From the NCBI RefSeq assembly GCF_009914755.1, contig NC_060935.1: DNA of 64,000 nt. The stretch is one strand, 5' to 3'. Every line of letters starts with the position of its first letter. Within the stretch, counting starts at the first letter, position 1. Below the pieces are notes generated by a model. It was not told the origin of the DNA. It saw only the letters and a list, made by a program, of their open reading frames with translations, and ran no database searches. The position numbers and the translations under genes are program-made. Source of the DNA: the human T2T-CHM13v2.0 reference genome, Homo sapiens. Below, piece after piece: positions 55,574 through 64,000 of this stretch.

Positions 55574-56402
55574 CTTTCTGAGTTTTTGCAGAGCCATGGG
55601 TGTTAATGACAGGACTGTATCTGGAATGTCCTGCATATTCTCCTGCCTGTCAAGAACAATGGCCAGAGGTGGAGAAGGATGATCTCCACAGGTGACATCA
55701 TCCAGGGGAATAAGGCTACTGTCCCTCTCTTCCACTTGGCTCACCCTGAGGTGACCTCCTCATCTACAGCAGGACAGAAATGCTGCTCTAATTGTTGAAA
55801 ACGACTTCCACAAGACATCCCGGGTACCAGATGCCCAAACATCAGTCATTGTAACATGGCCTCACGAGCAGAATGAAAAAAGAGAAAGAACTGAATAGGT
55901 CAAACAAGGCCTCATCACACATCCTCTGCTCCCTTGGCCTTAAAGCCAAAGTCCTCAGCTTGGCATTCAATGCCCCTTGTAAATTGACCTTATCTCTCTC
56001 TAATCTCATCTTTAGCTTTGCCTAACATACAACCTGTGTTTTTGCCATGCCCAACATCTCTGCTATCTCTTGAATACACCAGACTTTTGCATGACTCTGT
56101 GTCTGTGAAAAATGCTGTTTCCTCTTCCTGAAATACTCTTTCTTGCCCCTCTCCTTTTCAGATAAACTCCTATTCATCCTTTCATACCTGTTCAAATGTT
56201 CCACCTTTGAGCAGCAAGATCAATTTCCCCCGGGATGAGTTAATTAGTCCCTCTTCTGGGTTCCCGCAGCACCCTGAACATCCTTCCAGTACAACGAATA
56301 TCACATTGCATTTTAAATACCTGTTCATATGTCTGCACACAAAAATAAACCACAGTTGGTATTAAAGGATATTACCTGGTTTTTAGCAGACTGAACAATT
56401 AT

Positions 56403-56594
56403 AGAGTAAGTCCTCACTTAACATCAGTGGTAGGTTCTTGGAAACGGCAACTTTAAGTATGATGACATATAATGAAACCAGTTTTCTTCATCAATGTTAT
56501 AACAAAAGGATGTTTACTTAAGGAACTGCTGTACATTGTTTTGCTTAAAATCACAGTTTTTAAGAATCTAGTTGATGATGGTAAATGAGGACTG
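56403..56594 (+). mobile_element. Tigger-derived MER82-like fragment
   Basis: gtaagtcctcacttaacatc...taggttcttggaaac start; inverted end tgaggact. Confidence 0.55.
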
Positions 56595-56597
56595 CAT

Positions 56598-56912
56598 TTC
56601 TGTTTTGTTTTTGTTTGTTTTTGTTTTTTTTTGACGTGGAGTCTTGCTCTGTCACCCAGGGTGGACTGCAGCGGCACAATCTCGGCTCACTGCAACCTCC
56701 GCCTCCTGGGTTCAAGCAATTATCCCGCCTCAGCCTCCTGAGTAGCTGGGATTACAGGCACCTGCCACTACGCCTGGCTATTTTTGTATTTTTAGTAGAG
56801 ACAGGGTTTCACCATGTTGGCCAGGCTGATCTCGAACTCCTGACCTCAAGTGATCCACCCACCTCAGCCTCCTAAAGTGCTGGGATTACAGGCATGAGCC
56901 ACTGTGCCTGGC
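56598..56912 (-). mobile_element. AluSx-like, TSD gaggactgcattt
   Basis: Reverse Alu. Confidence 0.9.
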
Positions 56913-57226
56913 AGAGGACTGCATTTTTCGGGAGTTTGTGTGTTCCATGTGTACTCCTTGCACTCACAGCACTGAAAGTAGTAAGAAGCCACCTGGAAGT
57001 TTTCTGGAAAAAAAGCCAGTGCAGGTTTATAAGGAAAGCAGAGGTGTGGGGCTTGGGAAAAGCTTTTAATTAAAAAATATGAGTTCTAGGCCCAGGGCTG
57101 GCAGTATCTAACTATGTAACCTTGGGTAAGTCACCCCCTTTCACTCAACCTTACTTTCTACACCATTAAAATGAGGGAATAGGAATGCAGGGGAGTACAA
57201 ATTATCCAACCCATTTACTCTGCCTA

Positions 57227-57574
<348 letters not shown>

Positions 57575-60500
57575 ATATTCTCTTGGGCAAGATAGGAAGG
57601 AACAGACAGCCAAATGGCACCCTGGCTATCAGCCTTGTCAGAAAGTCAGGGAACAAGCTCGTAGTTGAAAGGAATCCTGGATTTAAGAGATTAGCCCTCT
57701 AAGAGGGGCTGTGCAGCAAAGAGCAGAGGTGGAGAACCATCACAGTGGTGCAGGCACTGTCCCAGGGAGGCTGCGGGCCCCAGAGTGGATCCAAAGGACA
57801 TGCACTCCCTTTGTGTCACAACACCTTTGTCCAGAAATTCTTCTCTTCCCTCACAAAGTCCCTAACCCCATCAAGCTGTGTCAACCTTGACTTTTTATTA
57901 TTTTTAAAGAGATTCTCCATCTTTTAATGAGGATATCAAAACAAAGTTTTACTTTAGACAAGGCATATATCAACTCTTAGAGCTATGTATAATCAAACAT
58001 CTACTTAACAATATTTAATATTAGTTTAGTTATAAATACATATTTAAATCACACTGCACATAAAATATTATTTAGATATCATGCTTTTTTCTATTTTATT
58101 CAGTTAATTATTATTCAAATGACAGCCCTACTCTTGTGTTTCACATATAAGAACACTGATTCTGAGAAATATAGAGACAGGGCCCCAAGTCCACATGATT
58201 ATCCTCAGGAGATGTGGGGCTTCTGCCTCCAGAATGAGGAAGTCACAGACACCAGAGGTGTTCCTGAGAACTTAGGAGCCTAGCAGAGCAGCTCTGAAAA
58301 CGGAGGACATTTAGTCCATCTGTCACAAGTGCAAACACTTCTGGTCCTTGAGAGGTGTGGGATAAATTTTCATGTGTACACCACCACTCTCTGAACCAGG
58401 CACTTTACATGTGTAAAAAATTCCCCAGGCGAATACAATGTACAACCAAGTTTGAGACCCAGCACCTTAGAGAGAGCATCCCCTTCCCCTGTGGCTGAGC
58501 CTGATAGCTGTCTCCTGTATCATGCAGCTGAGAAAGGCAGGCTCACCCCGCTTTAAAAAGAGACTCTAAGAAGTTAGGAAAGACTCTGAATTCAGCTGTG
58601 ATGTAGCTCCCCTCTGGCAGAGAAAAGGGCAGATTCCCAACAGACAGGTAGTGACCTGATATCCCTGTACCCGGGGATTGGCACTGAGCTGGGAGCCAGA
58701 CTCCCACAGCTCAACTGCAGGACCCATGAGCAGGCCTAGAGTGCAGCCTGAGGTTTGGCACTACCAAGACCGCTGCTGGGACCTAGAACATGTGCTGAGC
58801 CTAAGACTTAGTGAGGCAGCAAGGAAGTGGGGCCCACACATGTCTGTTTCAGACATGAACAGCAGGGCCAAGGCAACACGGACACCAGAGAGGTAGGGGA
58901 GGAGAGAAATCCCAAAGAGGTCTCAGAAAGCTGGTATCGGGTCAGCTTAGGCCACCAAGTGAGGACACACTCGTTGCATAAGCCTGAGGCCAATGCTAAG
59001 CAATCCTCTGAGGGTTAGGAAGACTTCATTCCACAGCTCTTGTCCAGGGCTCCAGGCAACTTGAAGCTGGGGTCCGAGCTCTGATCCCAACAGAGCAATA
59101 GCATCCACTGGAGGAGCCTGATGCTCCTCCGCTAGTTCCAACCCGTAGACCCAAAGCTGGACAGAGCTTCACTGTTCATCCAGCCAATTCCCCACCACAC
59201 AGATGATGACATGGAGGCCCTGGGACAGGGAGGAGCTTAGCTAAAATCACATGGCCCTTGTATAACATAGGTGATACCGTGAACTACTAAGCAGTCCCTG
59301 ATTACCTCTGTAGCCACAGGTAAGATGCTCTACCTCCCTATGCCTCTGTCAGACACTAAGCAACGAGAAAAAACACTCTAGTTGTATCCTCTGGCAGGCT
59401 GGACATCCTCACCAACAGTCCTGCCCTCCCACCCCCGGGCAGCCCCAGTCTACTGAGCACCAGGAGCACCAGCTAAGGCCCCCACCACACAGCCCCTGAA
59501 GGCTTCCTCCAACCCACCACTCAGAGCAGCACCACCTTCAAGAAACATGTTGCACCCAATCCCCAAATACCCAGACCCTGCTAGAAAGACAAATTTTTGT
59601 CCAAGTCACCCCTAAAGTGACTGCTGCTTCTGCCCCAGCTGCCAGCAGGCTTATCTGTGGCCCTGCTGCCGTGATTAGGGCAACACTGGGAGAGAAGTCA
59701 GAGAAGCGACAGGTGAGACCACCACAGGTCCCAGAGGATGGCGCTTACCAAGCGCCCAGGAACACCCACCCTGCATGCTGCAGCCAGGCGGGCTGCAAGG
59801 CCTAAGCCTCGGGGAATGGATACTGGATAGGGTAAGGGGAGCAGCCTGGATCCTCTCCTCCTTTCTCTGATGCATCCTCAGCCAGGGCTGCATTTCTCTA
59901 GCTCACCTGAGATACTCCTGCAAGAAAGAGCTTGGTTGACTCCTCCTGTTTCTGTTTATCTCGAAGGCTCTGCAGCAATTTTCCCAAACTGAACAGCAAG
60001 AGGGAGACCTCAAAGAGGCGACTCTCTTCCTAGCTGCATCTCCTTCCTAATCCTCTGGGTGCCTTGGAATAGAAGCTCAGAAGGAAGAAAACGACATTTT
60101 CAACTTTCAGGAACTAGCTCTGTCGCCCTCTGCACAGCTCGGGAGACAGCACTCTCAGCCTTTTAGGACTCCATCCAAAAATCCTTCAGCCCTCCATGTT
60201 CCCCAAAATGACAGTGCTCATGTGTGGCTGGAACCTGCCCCGATCCGGCAGCTCATTTAAATAGAGCTCATCACAACAACAGTGTTGGTGGTGAAGTGAG
60301 TAGCTGCAGGACCCTGGGGACCCCCTGTTTATACGTAGGAAGAATGATGCAATCTGGGTATCAAAATAGCAATCCAGAATGGAATAACAGGCTCACGCAG
60401 CAGCGGTGCCTGCACAGCCAGAGCTCAAGTTGACACACTCTGTCAGCCCCACACTGCTGCAGCACGCAGATGCCAGGCACACACTCTCACCGCATCATTT

Positions 60501-60598
60501 TAAAAAACAGCAGGAGCCCAAGATATCCCTCCATGCCCCCGGCACTGAAGGAGGGTGTGGGGGGGCCTTCAACAGACATTGAAATCTGTCTCCTACAT

Positions 60599-60680
60599 AC
60601 TCACCTGCTCCTGCCACTTCACCTGAAGTCCTTATCCTGTGACGTCACAGTCAGTTGCCATAGTGACCAATTGTCCGTCA
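60599..60680 (-). promoter_or_regulatory. Candidate internal promoter/first exon: palindromic CRE, RFX X-box, half-CRE, strong donor CAG|GTGAGT
   Basis: ctgTGACGTCAcag 60637-60650; GTTGCCATAGTGAC 60654-60667; CGTCA 60676-60680; donor 60604-60599. Confidence 0.6.
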
Positions 60681-61611
60681 CAAGCAGAGGATTAGGACTT
60701 CGGATGGAGAAGACACACATTTACGATGCACAAAGGTCCTGGGAGGTCTCCCTTGGCAGTTAACTCTACCCACCAGGAAGATCCAGTCACACACAAGCAG
60801 GGAGGGAAAAAGGGAAGAATGAACAGGGTTGACTGGAGGAGACATTAGGATGGGGCAAGACTACAAGTACAGCATAATTTCAAAAGCACAGAGCAACCAG
60901 ATGAGGGGGAGTGGCAGGGATGTGCTTGGAAAGACCGGAAGGAGAGTAAGCTCCTGAAGGGACCTGAATGCTAAGCTCAGGAGCTTGACCTTCATCCTAA
61001 AATAAAAGGCAGCCCAAAAAGTTTCTGGAGAGTGACTGAGCTGGGCTTTATGATTATCTTGATGGACTGAACACAGGGAGGTCAGGGTAGTTGAGCATTA
61101 ATGGGACCCTAAATAAGGGTAAAAATGGAAAAAAGCAAAAGAAGACTCATTTCAAAGAGAACTGACAGGACACAAGCAAATTAGGATGTTGGGGCTAGTG
61201 GTGGTGTGTGAAGAACAAGGAATCAAGTGGAGGGGCTGTCATGAACAGAGGTAGGTAACAGGAGGAAGAGAGCAGTGGCCAAATCTCATGTTATCTATAC
61301 CTTCCTTTCTCTGGCATCCTTGCCCTCTTAATATCAGGCCTCATTCTGCCTTGCCTGGACCAGTGATGCCCCAATCTGGAGAGCTTGTTAGAAATCCTGA
61401 ATCTACCAAACCCAAATCTCTTGTGTGTGGGTGTGGGACTGGGAATCTGTATTTTTAGCAAGCATCACAAACAATTCTTAGGCATTCAGACCAGCACTGG
61501 TTCAAGGCCCAGCAATCAGGAACCAATGGCCTGGACAGCTGCGGTTGTCCAGCAGGTCTTCCTGTATCCAGTCCTGTCTCCTCCAATCATTCTTCTCACT
61601 GGGCCAACTGA

Positions 61612-61870
<259 letters not shown>

Positions 61871-62207
61871 ATATGTGACCATATTCCACTGATCAAAAAC
61901 CTTCAATGGCTCCCCACTGTCCACAGAATAGCTTAATCAAGATCCTTCACAATTTGGCCCTAAATTTCCTTTCTGAACAGAATCCCCACTTCTCTCCTTC
62001 AAGCATCCCATACTCCAGCCAAAATTAACTCCCTCCTGTTTCTAATATTTGCCTTCCCCTCCCCTGCGTGTGCCTCATCCTAACACTATTCCCTACCTGG
62101 GAGTCCCTTGCACATTTTTCTGACTCTGCCTGGTTCCTCTACAGCTATTCCTACTTGGTGTCACCTACAGATTCAAACCACCCAATTTCCCCAGACAGAA
62201 CCTAAAA

Positions 62208-62407
62208 CAGGGGTCAGAAAACCACAGACTGCCTGTTCTTGTAAATAAAGAATACAGTAATGCCCATTCATTTCCATATTGTCTATGGCTGCCTTCTGCT
62301 TTTCTGCTACAATGGTAGAGCTAAGTAGTTGTAACAGAGACTGTATGACCCACAAAGCCTAAAATATTTACTATCTAGCCTTGTGCAGAAAGTTTATGAC
62401 ATCTGGC
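62208..62407 (+). mobile_element. MER58A-like hAT-Charlie MITE
   Basis: caggggtcag...gcctaaaatatttactatct signature. Confidence 0.75.
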
Positions 62408-62875
62408 CTAAAGCAACAGCTCCTTAAATTGTGCTAGCCTCACCCTTTGGAGTTTAATTCTGATTACGGGGATTTTGCTTGTTCCAAGCCCACGTCCATC
62501 TTTGTGAACTCTAATTCTGATAACTGGGTCACATCTGAGCTGGACCTTCAAGTTTGTGTAGGATGTTTCAAGCAAGAAAAGGCATTTCAGGAGGAAAGAA
62601 CATCATAAATGGAGAATTATAGATATGAAAGTGTGAGGTCTCTTTGGAAAGTCTTGTAAGGCTACAACATATAGAGAAATGACAGGAGGTGAGGCTACAG
62701 CATTAGTTTGGGACCAGATTATGAAAAGACTTGGAGGCCATGCTAAGTGTCTGTTCTAAACTGCAAGCAATTGGAAGCCTTTAGAGAGCTAGAAGTGTAG
62801 TCCCGGAGTCAGAGGGAGTGATCAGGGTCAAAGCTAGAGGATTTGGAAGCATAATCACAGTAGCAATAAGTGAAG

Positions 62876-62883
62876 TGACGTCA
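62876..62883. promoter_or_regulatory. Second full CRE palindrome TGACGTCA
   Basis: Exact motif retaining its CpG in otherwise CpG-depleted DNA. Confidence 0.35.
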
Positions 62884-64000
62884 GGAAAAATATCACTGTA
62901 GGAAAGAATAGGGAATAAACTGAGGTCAGGCAGATATCCAGGGCCTGTGAGGAAGAGCCAGACAGCCGGCCTGAGCCAAGAGTCAGAATCTGGCTATGAA
63001 AGCCAGGTGACTGGCTGGGGCTGGAGATGGATGCACGATCCACAGCCTTCAGAGCCCATGCTCCTAGGAACCACCTGGCTGTGAAACAGGCTTTCTGTGC
63101 CAAGAAAGTACCCACAGTATAATGCAAAAAGTACAGGTAGGATGAGTCTGGGCTCATTTCATCTGACAGACCCTCACTGACCGAGGTAGCACCTCTGTCT
63201 CTTTTCATCCCAAATCTTAAAGTCAATCCAAAAACTGATGCACTGACACACTCCATGCAAAACCACTGATCCCTTTTCCAGCTGGGCCTGGAGACAGAGA
63301 GTCATTTGGGGAACCAAGGGCAGCATCCTATTCTGGGTCTGTAGTTTCTACTGGCCCTCAAGCCCAGGAAAGCCCTGGACTGTCAGGCAAAGGAGCTGGA
63401 TTTTTTTCCTGGCTCTGCAAGTGACCGATTATGTGGTTTTCAGCAGGATCCTAGCCCTTCCTGGACTCCTGATGCTTCATCTATGCAGGAGGGATTGGAG
63501 ATTAAGGGCCTTCCCTGCCTTTTGGCCTCCACAGCACTCAACCCTAACCACTCCCCCTTAAATCAGAAAGTTCCAGCAGACAAGAGGCCCCTCAAAGATC
63601 CCATCCATCAATCACAGCCATCTCGAGCTCCCTCCCTCAGCAAATCTGTTCTAGCTATAGCCTTCCAAGCAGCACTGGCAGCAGCAAGCACCTCCCCCAA
63701 AACACAGCCTGCCTCCTTTCCATTACCGGGGGAATTGCTCTCCCAGTAATGGGTCCTGTTCTGGGGTGCCAGTGCTATTCCCAGGGCCCTAGAGAGCCAA
63801 TTAAGGCGAGGAAACTGTTCGTGAACTAAAAAGCCACTCCACTGACAGGGCTCCAGGCTCCAGCTTCTGCACCTGCTGCACACCCAGCTCACCAGCCTGC
63901 CCTTCACCTGGGAGACTTGAGTTACTGCCCACAACAGACCCCACAAGGCTGGACACACTGCAGCACCTGGAATGAGCAAAGAGTAGTCACCCACCTCCCA

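Overview
Primate (almost certainly human) genomic DNA, rich in Alu/L1/L2/MIR/LTR repeats, holding most of TRIM66 (TIF1-delta) on the minus strand. I traced 19 coding exons by hand from 53657 to 19691. All have GT-AG boundaries and consistent phases. They encode B-box1, B-box2, a coiled coil, a Pro/Gln-rich region, a PxVxL HP1 box, a PHD finger and a bromodomain: 1247 aa from the ATG at 53562, or 1216 aa using an alternative donor/acceptor pair. A ~5.9 kb 3'UTR runs to an AATAAA at 13814-13809. Bases 1-13.7 kb are repeat-dominated intergenic sequence. There are no prokaryotic-type systems. The most interesting observations are: (1) an antisense MLT2A (ERVL) solo LTR with a DUX4-like site inside a gene reported to repress Dux; (2) a CRE + RFX X-box promoter module next to a strong splice donor; (3) an open, RING-like N-terminal extension upstream of the usual ATG; (4) ten perfectly phased 11-aa repeats; (5) a candidate poison exon; (6) a 97%-identical 101-bp intronic duplication flanking two PHD/bromo exons; (7) inverted Alus plus a proximal polyA signal in the 3'UTR; and (8) several template-switch-like palindromes. 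Repeat family calls come from recalled consensus sequences and their boundaries are approximate. All functional proposals are hypotheses.
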